Virus record (IMG/VR): IMGVR_UViG_3300043443_000352
Location: 1 to 34,651 of that record
DNA length: 34,651 nucleotides
DNA from: a virus
Taxonomy: Duplodnaviria; Caudoviricetes
Direction: 5' to 3' (one strand)
A program made the position numbers and the translations under genes. The notes under the pieces are model-generated. The model had not been told where the DNA came from and did no database searches. It saw nothing but the letters and a program-made list of their open reading frames with translations. This document shows, piece after piece, positions 8,868 to 17,092 of this stretch. Position 1 is the first letter of the stretch. Each line of letters opens with the position of its first letter.

Positions 8868-9629
8868 ATGAAGAAGTTTGCTGTACAAAAAACCCACCCA
8901 GGAGCAGCCCACATAGAGCAGCTACCTGGAACTAGGGAGTGGATGAATGAGACCCAAGAAAAGCACGCTTACATGTGCTTTCCGCTATCTCTGACCAATC
9001 GACTAGGCTGGGGTATATCTTTTCCCGAAGATATTTCATTCATTTGGGACGGCATAACTGACACAACTCCAGATCACATAAAAATATTAAGTGGACAAAA
9101 ATACGTAAGCACTGTCCGAGGAAACGCAACTATTAGTTTTTATTCTGGATTGCTAGTTAGGACAGATCCAGAAACAAGCACACTGACTATGCCAGTGCCG
9201 AACCTTTTTGTCAGAGGTGCTCAATGTTATACAACGCTGATTAGCACCTCGTTTTATATGCCAGAACTTCCTCTTGCTTGGAGAGTTACGGAACCAAACG
9301 TAGTCATAACAATCCCAGCGGGACAACCAATAGCTGCGATCCTGCCAATTTCGTTGACGTCATTGCAAGAAGATTACGTTTTAGAGTTGGATGAAACTCC
9401 GCTTGGAACCGAATACTGGGATGAAGTCAAAAAGTATGGCGACGAGGCTGAAATAAAAAATGGTGTTGGCGATTGGTCAAAAATGTATAGAGATGCAGTC
9501 AACTACAGAGGAGAGCAAGTGGGCCAGCACGAAACAAAGTCTATTAAATTAAAAACTGTGCACTGCCCATTTACTGGCCAGACATATGAAGTAGAGGACA
9601 CCGAGGCTAGTGGACACGCAGAAGATTAA
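8868..9629 (+). CDS. DUF6065-like protein of unknown function
   Basis: REWM..T..KHAYMCFPLSLTNRLGWGI.FP.DI.FIWDG and IPAGQPIAAILPI recall DUF6065. Recognised from memory; needs an HMM check. Confidence 0.6.
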   Translation: MKKFAVQKTHPGAAHIEQLPGTREWMNETQEKHAYMCFPLSLTNRLGWGISFPEDISFIWDGITDTTPDHIKILSGQKYVSTVRGNATISFYSGLLVRTDPETSTLTMPVPNLFVRGAQCYTTLISTSFYMPELPLAWRVTEPNVVITIPAGQPIAAILPISLTSLQEDYVLELDETPLGTEYWDEVKKYGDEAEIKNGVGDWSKMYRDAVNYRGEQVGQHETKSIKLKTVHCPFTGQTYEVEDTEASGHAED

Positions 9630-10350
9630 ATTTGTAAAAAATAGGCCATGGCTAAATGAGGAAAGTTCTTCTGTACCTTCTCCAATAATCAAAACCCTAC
9701 CTAACTGGTACAGGAAAGCTGACAGGTTTGCAACTAATCCAGCAACAGGGAAGCCATGGGAGATGCCAGATGGTAGCGGAAAGATCCCAACTTGGAAGGC
9801 TTGTCCAGCGGTCTTCGACATTATGGGCAGCGGATACGTCTATAAGACCCCCTGTGACATAGAGGTTTTTATCGATACCATGGGTATGGTTCAGATAAAA
9901 ATAGAAGACGAGCGCAGCAAAGATTTTATCCAAGAGCGATCGCCAATGCCTCAGTTCAAGCACCCTCACGGGTACCATGATAAGCACTTTGCTTGGTGGG
10001 CAGACTGGGCAGTAGAACTACCTGAAGGCTACAGTGCGCTATATACTCAGCCGTTTAATAGGTACGAACTGCCATTTTTGACCACTAGCGGAATTATTGA
10101 TAATGACAAAGTTAAGCTTCCTGGAACTATGCCATTCTTTATCATTAAAGGATTCACGGGGGTCATCCCTGCTGGCACACCATATGCTCAGATATTGCCA
10201 TTTAAGCGTGAACACTGGGAGTCCGAGGTAGATCTCGAAATATCACCCCAGGAAATGATGGAAAAGAATCGTTTAAATAGCGAGAAATACCGCCAACCAG
10301 ATGGCGGAATCTACATCAAAGAAGTCTGGGAACGCAGAAAATACGAATAG
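9610..10350 (+). CDS. Conserved phage protein, DUF6065-related (possible dUTPase-like beta fold)
   Basis: GTG start overlapping the upstream gene. LPNWY...TWKACPAVFD.MGSGY...LPEGYSALYTQPFNR..LPF.T.SGIIDND...IPAGTPYAQILPFKRE. Shares the IPAGxP..xILP tail with the preceding gene. Confidence 0.6.
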   Translation: MDTQKIKFVKNRPWLNEESSSVPSPIIKTLPNWYRKADRFATNPATGKPWEMPDGSGKIPTWKACPAVFDIMGSGYVYKTPCDIEVFIDTMGMVQIKIEDERSKDFIQERSPMPQFKHPHGYHDKHFAWWADWAVELPEGYSALYTQPFNRYELPFLTTSGIIDNDKVKLPGTMPFFIIKGFTGVIPAGTPYAQILPFKREHWESEVDLEISPQEMMEKNRLNSEKYRQPDGGIYIKEVWERRKYE

Positions 10351-10357
10351 GTATAAT
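10350..10357 (+). promoter_or_regulatory. GGTATAAT -10 element, probable leaderless promoter
   Basis: TATAAT at 10352-10357, 6 nt before ATG 10364, with no Shine-Dalgarno between. Confidence 0.6.
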
Positions 10358-10363
10358 ATAACC

Positions 10364-11050
10364 ATGATGGATCAAACTTCTACAGACTACACAAATAGGC
10401 ATGACGATCTTAGGGCTTCAATAACTCCGTCAGGATTTTTTGGAGACTCTGCAGACAATATCATCACAATTGAAGACTTCATGACCGAAGAAGAGTTGAC
10501 AATCCTCAACGAGTTTGCGAGACGCAATACAGAATGGGATAAAACAGAAACTCACTATAATGAGGATGGTACGGTTATCTATGACTCAGGATACTGGGAA
10601 GATAGAGTAGCCACTGCAACTACGTTAGACAAAGTGGACCCTAGAATTACGCAAATAATTATCGGAATGCAAGCGCGTCTAAAAGAGAGAGTAGACGCGT
10701 TTTTCGATGTTGATGCTAGAGCAACTAGTCCAGCCATTGTTAGGTGGCTACCTGGACAACTACAAATGCCGCATGCCGATAAGGAGTTGCACGAGGGGGA
10801 AGGTAGGGGTAAGCCTAATGACTTTCCTTACTACGATATTGCTGGCTTGTTCTATATAAACGATGACTACGTTGGCGGCGAGTTGTATTTTCCGAACCAG
10901 GGAATTCAATTCAAGCCTAAAGCTGGAGCAGCTTACTTTTTCCCTGGAGATATGAATTACATTCACGGAGTTAGTCCAATAGAGTCTGGCATTAGGTATA
11001 CCGTGCCATTTTTCTGGACTATCGTGAAACATAACGTCTCTAAAGGGTAG
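10364..11050 (+). CDS. Prolyl 4-hydroxylase-like 2OG-Fe(II) dioxygenase
   Basis: HAD...YINDDYVGGELYFP...KPKAG...H-x9-R (HGVSPIESGIR). Start moved from 10301 to ATG 10364, which removes a 50-nt overlap and fits the -10 box. Confidence 0.88.
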   Translation: MMDQTSTDYTNRHDDLRASITPSGFFGDSADNIITIEDFMTEEELTILNEFARRNTEWDKTETHYNEDGTVIYDSGYWEDRVATATTLDKVDPRITQIIIGMQARLKERVDAFFDVDARATSPAIVRWLPGQLQMPHADKELHEGEGRGKPNDFPYYDIAGLFYINDDYVGGELYFPNQGIQFKPKAGAAYFFPGDMNYIHGVSPIESGIRYTVPFFWTIVKHNVSKG

Positions 11051-11053
11051 TTT

Positions 11054-11740
11054 ATGAAAGTAATCGCCCACAAACCAGACGTCTATGAGGTTGAGAACTT
11101 CCTCTCCACAGATGAAGTAAGCAGCCTAATCGCATATTTTGAGTCAGACAAGGACTCATGGCAGCAAACTTGTTTCTATAACGCTAGAGTTATGGACCCG
11201 ATAGCGCCGTGGCAGGCTGGAAAATCTTTATCTATTGATGAAGATTATATGAAAAATCTCAGATTTAAACTACAGAGTCTGGCAGAAGAGCTGTTTTCTA
11301 AAGAGCTAAAAAACCTTAGCCTGAGTGCCCACAAGTGGTTAGAAGGTGCTTTTGCTGACTATCACTCTGACAACACAGAGCTAGACGGTACACCTAATGC
11401 TTGGCGAGAAAATAAGCTAGTTACAATAATCTACTTAAATGATGATTATTCTGGCGGTGATTTAATTTTCAGGGACCACCCTATAAAGATATCCCCTAAG
11501 GCTGGGACTGTTGTAGTTTTTGATGTCGGCATAGAAAACGTCCATGGAGTGACTGAGGTTACAGCTGGTAGCAGGTGGACAATGCTAGCTTCATTCGACT
11601 ACGCAGATTCAACGTACCCTGAAGATTACTGGGAACAAAAGAGACTAGAATTAGAGGAAACAGCTAAAATCCATCAGCAACAGCGCCAGGAATGGGAGAC
11701 TGAGGGTATGCCAGAAGAAAGAGTTCTGAGGAGCGAATAA
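11054..11740 (+). CDS. Prolyl 4-hydroxylase-like 2OG-Fe(II) dioxygenase
   Basis: HSD...YLNDDYSGGDL...HGVTEVTAGSR (H-x9-R). Charged helical C-terminal tail. Confidence 0.9.
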   Translation: MKVIAHKPDVYEVENFLSTDEVSSLIAYFESDKDSWQQTCFYNARVMDPIAPWQAGKSLSIDEDYMKNLRFKLQSLAEELFSKELKNLSLSAHKWLEGAFADYHSDNTELDGTPNAWRENKLVTIIYLNDDYSGGDLIFRDHPIKISPKAGTVVVFDVGIENVHGVTEVTAGSRWTMLASFDYADSTYPEDYWEQKRLELEETAKIHQQQRQEWETEGMPEERVLRSE

Positions 11741-11742
11741 TC

Positions 11743-12477
11743 ATGCTAGATAAATCAACCTTCGTGGTCTACAGAGACGAGCCGACAACAGTAAATAAGC
11801 TTGGCGTCACTCAAAATCGAATCGTGGAAATCCCTGACTTTGTTGATAGGGAAACTGCTGCAAAGATGATTGATTTTTTTGAGGCCCGCAGCGACCTCTG
11901 GGGCGATGTAGCTTTCTACAAGTCAAGTGGCATGGGTATTGCCCCAGAAGACCCCAATATTGAAAAAGTGGGCCTACCACCCAGGTTCTTTGAGACACTG
12001 ACAAAAAGATTTCAAGAAGCTGTAGGTGAAGTTTTTGGTAGACCAGTAAAACCAAACACGTCACACGCGCAAAAATGGGAAGTTGGCGGATTTGCATCGC
12101 CACATTCCGACAACTCAGATTTTGATGGAAATCCTACCCTATTCGAGATTAATAAATACGTAGGAATCTTGTACCTCAATGACGAGTATGAGGGCGGTAA
12201 TCTTTTCTTCACGAAAACCGACAACATCAACGAGAAAACTTTAACAATAACCCCTAAGGCTGGGTCCTACATTATCTTCCCTGGTGGTATTGAAAACATT
12301 CACGGTGTCGAAGAGGTTACGGATGGCGTACGTTATACAATGGTTTCTTTCTGGGATTTTGCCGAGGCAGAGTATAGCGAGGAGCGACAGGCCGAGTGGG
12401 CTGCAGAGCGCGAAAGAGTAGAAGCCGAGAAGGCTGCAGCTAGAGAAGAATGGGCCAGGGGCAATAAATGGGCATAA
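11743..12477 (+). CDS. Prolyl 4-hydroxylase-like 2OG-Fe(II) dioxygenase
   Basis: HSD...YLNDEYEGGNL...HGVEEVTDGVR (H-x9-R). Confidence 0.9.
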   Translation: MLDKSTFVVYRDEPTTVNKLGVTQNRIVEIPDFVDRETAAKMIDFFEARSDLWGDVAFYKSSGMGIAPEDPNIEKVGLPPRFFETLTKRFQEAVGEVFGRPVKPNTSHAQKWEVGGFASPHSDNSDFDGNPTLFEINKYVGILYLNDEYEGGNLFFTKTDNINEKTLTITPKAGSYIIFPGGIENIHGVEEVTDGVRYTMVSFWDFAEAEYSEERQAEWAAERERVEAEKAAAREEWARGNKWA

Positions 12478-13253
12478 ACTTAGCAGATTCACTAGAAGAA
12501 CTTCACCCACAAGTATGGGTTTTTCGTGGAGCTATTAAAAATCCTGAAAAATTGATGGAAAACTTGAAGGCTTTACCTAACTGGCAACCCTGGTGGGTCT
12601 TCGGCCTAATCAATGATGAGCTGGGTGGGCCAGATAGCACTTGGGAGAATTTCCCAAATGACGAACAATGGCAAGAGCACATAACATCTTTGCGTCAAAC
12701 GAAGCACCCAGAGCTGACAGCCGAAATTGATAACTATTTCTACGAAGCTACAAAGTTATACGTAGAACATCACGGGTTCGAGCTAGACAACTGGGTACAT
12801 CAAACCCCTTCGGTCTGCTTATATAAGTCAGACGCTGGAGTTACCAGTGAGATGACAATGCACTACCACACTGACTGGCAGCCAGAGAAGGCAGAGTCAC
12901 GAGGTACTAAGTTTAGATTGACTTGCACTATGTATCTAAACGACGACTACGATGGTGGCGAGTTAGCATTCATTATCCGTGAAAATAGGGATGACCCATC
13001 TAACGATTTCAAGTTTGATTATAAACCTACAGCAGGCGATATCCTAGTCTTTCCGTCAACAGAACCTTTTTATCATGGAGTAAAACCACTAACTAATGGA
13101 GATAGATTCTTTATTAGAAACTTTTGGCTAGAGTATTTTCCTGGCACCCCTGAATGGTTAGAGGGAGAAGCACTGCACGGCGAAGAGGCTTGGGCCGAGA
13201 TGGAGAAAAAGAGAGAGCACGAGTTCATCTCTTCTCGTAGAACGGTTGAATAG
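12468..13253 (+). CDS. Prolyl 4-hydroxylase-like 2OG-Fe(II) dioxygenase
   Basis: HTD...YLNDDYDGGEL...HGVKPLTNGDR (H-x9-R). Confidence 0.9.
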   Translation: MGINLADSLEELHPQVWVFRGAIKNPEKLMENLKALPNWQPWWVFGLINDELGGPDSTWENFPNDEQWQEHITSLRQTKHPELTAEIDNYFYEATKLYVEHHGFELDNWVHQTPSVCLYKSDAGVTSEMTMHYHTDWQPEKAESRGTKFRLTCTMYLNDDYDGGELAFIIRENRDDPSNDFKFDYKPTAGDILVFPSTEPFYHGVKPLTNGDRFFIRNFWLEYFPGTPEWLEGEALHGEEAWAEMEKKREHEFISSRRTVE

Positions 13254-14044
13254 TGGACAACTTAGATCCTAGAATAAAGGTGTACAAAGGACTAATTAAA
13301 GATCCGCAAAACCTAATACAAGAGATTGAAAATAACGCCACTTGGGATAAGTGGTGGATTTTTGGAAAAATGGCTCAAGGCGTGTGTCCTCCAGAGCAGT
13401 GGGATAACTTTCCAACAGAGGAACAGTGGCAGCAACACTTAGATCAATTAGAGAGAGATCAATCTAATAGCAACCTAAAAAACGCTGTCCTTGAGATTAA
13501 AAAATATTTCTATTTAGCCACCAAAGACTACGTGGAGACTCAGGGGTTCGACCTAGACAACTGGATTATGGACTCGCCGTCCTTTAATGTGTATGAGCCT
13601 AATCCAGAAGAGCAGACTGGACCTATAACAATGTCATTTCACACGGACTGGCAGTTCGAGAAGCAGGAAGCCAGGGGAGATAAGTTTAAGCTAACTTGCA
13701 CTATGTATCTAAATGATGACTACGAAGGTGCCGAGCTTGCTTTTGTTGTCACAGACGCCCCTAACGATCCAAGTACGTATAAATTAGTCAAATTCAAGCC
13801 ATCCGCGGGGGATGTAGTTGTGTTCCCATCTACTCCTCCCTACTATCACGGGGTAACTAAGCTGGTTTCGGGCTCCAGATATATCATTAGAACCTTCTGG
13901 CTAGAGCACTTTCCTGGGACACCAGAGTGGCTAGAAGGAGAAGCTCTCCACGGGGAAGAGGCATGGGCTGAGCTTCAAAAAGAGGTAGAAAAAGCTAAGA
14001 TCCACGATGCCCCTAGAATACAAGATTGGCATTTAGATTTATAA
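13253..14044 (+). CDS. Prolyl 4-hydroxylase-like 2OG-Fe(II) dioxygenase, close paralogue of 12468..13253
   Basis: GTG start overlapping the upstream TAG. HTD...YLNDDYEGAEL...HGVTKLVSGSR. Shares FPGTPEWLEGEALHGEEAWAE exactly with the upstream gene. Confidence 0.9.
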   Translation: MDNLDPRIKVYKGLIKDPQNLIQEIENNATWDKWWIFGKMAQGVCPPEQWDNFPTEEQWQQHLDQLERDQSNSNLKNAVLEIKKYFYLATKDYVETQGFDLDNWIMDSPSFNVYEPNPEEQTGPITMSFHTDWQFEKQEARGDKFKLTCTMYLNDDYEGAELAFVVTDAPNDPSTYKLVKFKPSAGDVVVFPSTPPYYHGVTKLVSGSRYIIRTFWLEHFPGTPEWLEGEALHGEEAWAELQKEVEKAKIHDAPRIQDWHLDL

Positions 14045-14078
14045 TTGTAAGGTCACCCTCACCATTAAAGGATTATAA

Positions 14079-14789
14079 ATGAGTAACGCAGTAGAGCAGC
14101 AGACTAGAGAAATAGTTTGGCTAAAAGATGATGTTGCCACATTCCCTGGGTTTATGGACAAAGAGCAGTGCGAGCAGATTATTGCTTTTTTCGAAGATCA
14201 GGGCGTTAACGAGGGTCACTGGATGCAGACCTGCTTTTACGATTCTAAAGGAATGGCACTTGTATCCAGCGAGGATGCCTTGAGTAGATCTGGACTAGAA
14301 GAGCGTCGCAAGGACTACTTTGAATGGCTGCGCCTAGAAATTAAGGCCGCTATTGAACAAGCTTTCGGTCGAGAAGTCAAGACAAACTCTACTCACGCGC
14401 AACTCTGGCCAACAGGGTCATTTGCTAGGTGGCATTCAGACAACTCTGATATTGAGGGAAATCCTACGGCATGGAGTGACAACAAGTTTGCTAGCATCCT
14501 CTACTTAAACGACAACTACGAAGGTGGAGACTTAGTATTTAGGGACCACGATCTAAGGGTTAAGCTTCCTCAGGGGAGCCTGATTACTTTCCCAGGTGGA
14601 ATCAACAACGTTCACATGGTTGAAGAGATTACATCTGGCGATAGAATTACAGTAGTAGGATTCTGGGATTTCGCAGACTCCTACTACACCCCCGAAGAAT
14701 TAGACGCCCGCCAAGCTGAGGTAGCCTTCGAAAGAATTCTACAGACAGAGCAAAAAGCTCTATGGCATCAAGGAAATAGCAATGCCTAA
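14079..14789 (+). CDS. Prolyl 4-hydroxylase-like 2OG-Fe(II) dioxygenase
   Basis: RBS AAGGA. HSD...YLNDNYEGGDL...HMVEEITSGDR. Shares WxQTCFY and HSDN..xxGxP.AW..NK with 11054..11740. Confidence 0.9.
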   Translation: MSNAVEQQTREIVWLKDDVATFPGFMDKEQCEQIIAFFEDQGVNEGHWMQTCFYDSKGMALVSSEDALSRSGLEERRKDYFEWLRLEIKAAIEQAFGREVKTNSTHAQLWPTGSFARWHSDNSDIEGNPTAWSDNKFASILYLNDNYEGGDLVFRDHDLRVKLPQGSLITFPGGINNVHMVEEITSGDRITVVGFWDFADSYYTPEELDARQAEVAFERILQTEQKALWHQGNSNA

Positions 14790-15426
14790 TTTAGATTTTG
14801 CCAAGGCAGAATTCTTTGCCGAAAAAATTCTAGTTATGAAAAATGTCTTAACTCAAGAAGAAGCAGACATGGTGATTGATTATCACAAAAACATGGATGC
14901 TTTTCTGGGGGAGGAAGACAATCAAATCATCAAAAAGCTAGAGCCATGGAAGACATCTTCTATAGACCACCCGCACGTATATGGAACAAAGCGATCCGCC
15001 GAGTGGTCACCAGCTAGAGCTAACAACACTACAGATCTTAGAGTTCTGGGGTATTTTAATTGGGTAAAAGATTTATTCTACAAAGTAGGAGAGTTTTACC
15101 ACGAATCTCTAGGCATAGACTATGAAAATGGCGCTCACTGGACTGACTTCTCTACGTTTCAATACACTAACGGACAAGAGATGGGCCCACACGTCGACTA
15201 TGACGGCGAGCCATATCTAGCCCCTGTAGCAACTGGATTGCTGTACCTAAATAGTGACAAAAAGGGTGGAGATCTTTATTTCAAAGATCAAGATGTTTTT
15301 GTCGAGTCTTCAATGGGGACTTTAGTAATTTTTCCTTGCGTCAAGCCATTTTTTCACCAATCTACCTTAATCACCGAGGGCGAGAAGTACCACATTGGAA
15401 CTGCCTGGAAGCGCTCAATGGGCTAA
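14782..15426 (+). CDS. Prolyl 4-hydroxylase-like 2OG-Fe(II) dioxygenase
   Basis: MGPHVD...YLNSDKKGGDLYF...HQSTLITEGEK (H-x9-K). Confidence 0.88.
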   Translation: MPNLDFAKAEFFAEKILVMKNVLTQEEADMVIDYHKNMDAFLGEEDNQIIKKLEPWKTSSIDHPHVYGTKRSAEWSPARANNTTDLRVLGYFNWVKDLFYKVGEFYHESLGIDYENGAHWTDFSTFQYTNGQEMGPHVDYDGEPYLAPVATGLLYLNSDKKGGDLYFKDQDVFVESSMGTLVIFPCVKPFFHQSTLITEGEKYHIGTAWKRSMG

Positions 15427-15435
15427 GATAGCCTT

Positions 15436-16035
15436 ATGGCTAATCTAACCCCTGAAGTTTTTCATCAGAGAATTTTTTACTATAAAGACATAGTAAGTAA
15501 TCCAAAAGCTCTAGTAGACCTCATAGAATCTACTGATCCACTTCTAACTAGCTCGGATGCCTTTTTTTCGTGGAAAAAATGGACTGCTTCCGACGACGAG
15601 TCATACGTATTTGGTTATCAAAAACAAGTAGACGCCGCTAAGCTCGCAACCAGTTCACTCGAAATACAAGAACTATATAAAACATTGATGGATGCACTGA
15701 CTAGTGCTGGACGCCACTACTGTGAGACATTAGGGCTAGAGTACTTTCCGCCATCACCACTAAGTATTTCGAAATACATAAAAGGCGGCTCGATGGGACC
15801 ACATGTGGATGAATATCCTGGTCAAACAAAAGAGCCAGTAATGTCTGGTGTAATTTATCTTAATGATGATTGCGTTGGAGGGGAGCTAGATTTCCCGCAG
15901 CAAGGGGTGAGAATTAAACCAGAAGCAGGAAGCATTGTAATTTTCCCCTCCGTAAAACCTTTTTATCATCAATCACTTGAGATAGTCTCAGGGGAGAAGT
16001 ACATGTCACCAGTATTTTGGATAAAAAATAACTAA
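15436..16035 (+). CDS. Prolyl 4-hydroxylase-like 2OG-Fe(II) dioxygenase
   Basis: MGPHVD...YLNDDCVGGELDFP...HQSLEIVSGEK (H-x9-K). Confidence 0.9.
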   Translation: MANLTPEVFHQRIFYYKDIVSNPKALVDLIESTDPLLTSSDAFFSWKKWTASDDESYVFGYQKQVDAAKLATSSLEIQELYKTLMDALTSAGRHYCETLGLEYFPPSPLSISKYIKGGSMGPHVDEYPGQTKEPVMSGVIYLNDDCVGGELDFPQQGVRIKPEAGSIVIFPSVKPFYHQSLEIVSGEKYMSPVFWIKNN

Positions 16036-16616
16036 CTTTTTTGCATTTTGTCTGGATTATTTACAAACAAAGTTAAGCCATACCTGATACCAGAAGTCAC
16101 CTGTCGTACACCGTGCTCATACAGCGCTGCAGCAGAGTGGATTACTAGCATTCCTCGTTTTGGTTTTATCTCTAAGCCAAGCTTCGAGTAGTAGAGCTGA
16201 CCACCTTCATAGTAGTCATTTATATAAATAACTACCCCATGAGCTACTGGCAGATCCAGTTCTGGAGGCCCCATGTCATCATGGGCAGGCAGGCTTTGGC
16301 CAGGCATCGTTCTGTTTAGTGGACCAACGCCTTTTTCAAAAGCTAACTCAATTTCGCCAGCAGATAGAGGTTTAATTGTTTCAACATATTCACCAATAAC
16401 CCTTGAAAGGATCTGAGAGAGCTTCTCGCTGGCTGGGAGAAATAGGTTCCTACCACCCCAAGTGCCAGTATCCATTGTGTTGCCAGATTCTCCAGCCCAT
16501 GTATTTTCTAGGTTTGCTTTTTCAATTTCGGCGTCTAGATACGCGAGCTCTTCACTTGACAAAAATAGCTCATTTACGTATATTTCTAAGTCAGGACCGA
16601 ACGGTTGAGTCAACAT
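16032..16616 (-). CDS. Prolyl 4-hydroxylase-like 2OG-Fe(II) dioxygenase (opposite strand)
   Basis: HDD...YINDYYEGGQLYY...KPKRG...HGVRQVTSGIR. Its stop overlaps the stop of the convergent gene. Confidence 0.88.
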   Translation of the reverse strand: MLTQPFGPDLEIYVNELFLSSEELAYLDAEIEKANLENTWAGESGNTMDTGTWGGRNLFLPASEKLSQILSRVIGEYVETIKPLSAGEIELAFEKGVGPLNRTMPGQSLPAHDDMGPPELDLPVAHGVVIYINDYYEGGQLYYSKLGLEIKPKRGMLVIHSAAALYEHGVRQVTSGIRYGLTLFVNNPDKMQKS

Positions 16617-16622
16617 ACAGTA

Positions 16623-16630
16623 ATTCTACC
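16623..16630 (-). promoter_or_regulatory. GGTAGAAT -10 element, probable leaderless promoter
   Basis: The minus strand reads GGTAGAAT-TACTGT-ATG(16616), the same 6-nt spacing as at 10350. Confidence 0.6.
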
Positions 16631-16672
16631 TCAATATTCTAGGACTCAGCAAACTAGTAAAAGTTAAAGTGC

Positions 16673-16680
16673 GGTAAAAT
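16673..16680 (+). promoter_or_regulatory. GGTAAAAT promoter motif for the collagen-fibre module
   Basis: Intergenic, divergent from the 16623 motif, upstream of RBS AAGGA and ATG 16718. Confidence 0.55.
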
Positions 16681-16717
16681 TATAGGGACTAGTCTAGCTT
16701 CCCTGTAAGGACTCTCA

Positions 16718-17092
16718 ATGGGTTATCTCCGCGGCAATGTGCACGACCTGATTACGGATCAAGGATCTACCGTACATCAGGTTTTTGGCGTTAAAAATTC
16801 CGCAAAAAAGCCCATAACTCTTACAGGGTACACGGCTCGTATGCAAGTCAGACAATGGGACACGGAAAACAGGGATCCAGCGCCCATCGTAATCGCCGAA
16901 TACACTACGGAAAACGGCTATTTAACAGTAAATGGAGCTGCAGGGACAGTGACTCTTCTAATTCCGCCTGCAGATATGGCTGCATACGAGCCCAAAACTT
17001 ATGTATACGATATCGAAGTTGAGTCTTCAGATAGCGAAACTACTCGAATCATTCAAGGCAAATTTATCGTGAGAGCCGAGGTAACCAAATAG
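16718..17092 (+). CDS. Fibre collar/attachment-type beta-sandwich protein (BppU-N / T5 LtfC-like)
   Basis: DQGST...[14 protein letters not shown]...GTVTLLIP...YVYDIEV...[15 protein letters not shown], a pattern typical of small phage proteins preceding fibre genes. Confidence 0.6.
   Translation: MGYLRGNVHDLITDQGSTVHQVFGVKNSAKKPITLTGYTARMQVRQWDTENRDPAPIVIAEYTTENGYLTVNGAAGTVTLLIPPADMAAYEPKTYVYDIEVESSDSETTRIIQGKFIVRAEVTK

Noticed and set aside
10301-10363. Longer N-terminus given in the ORF track
   Set aside because: It overlaps the upstream gene by 50 nt. ATG 10364 sits 6 nt after a TATAAT box and is the better start.
6790-16616. TET/JBP or AlkB DNA-modifying oxygenases
   Set aside because: Eleven of twelve carry the Y(L/I/P)NxxxxG(G/A)xL...H-x9-(K/R) pattern of the P4H-like class, and no adjacent methyltransferase or nucleotide-modification genes are present. 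Not formally excluded without HMM searches.
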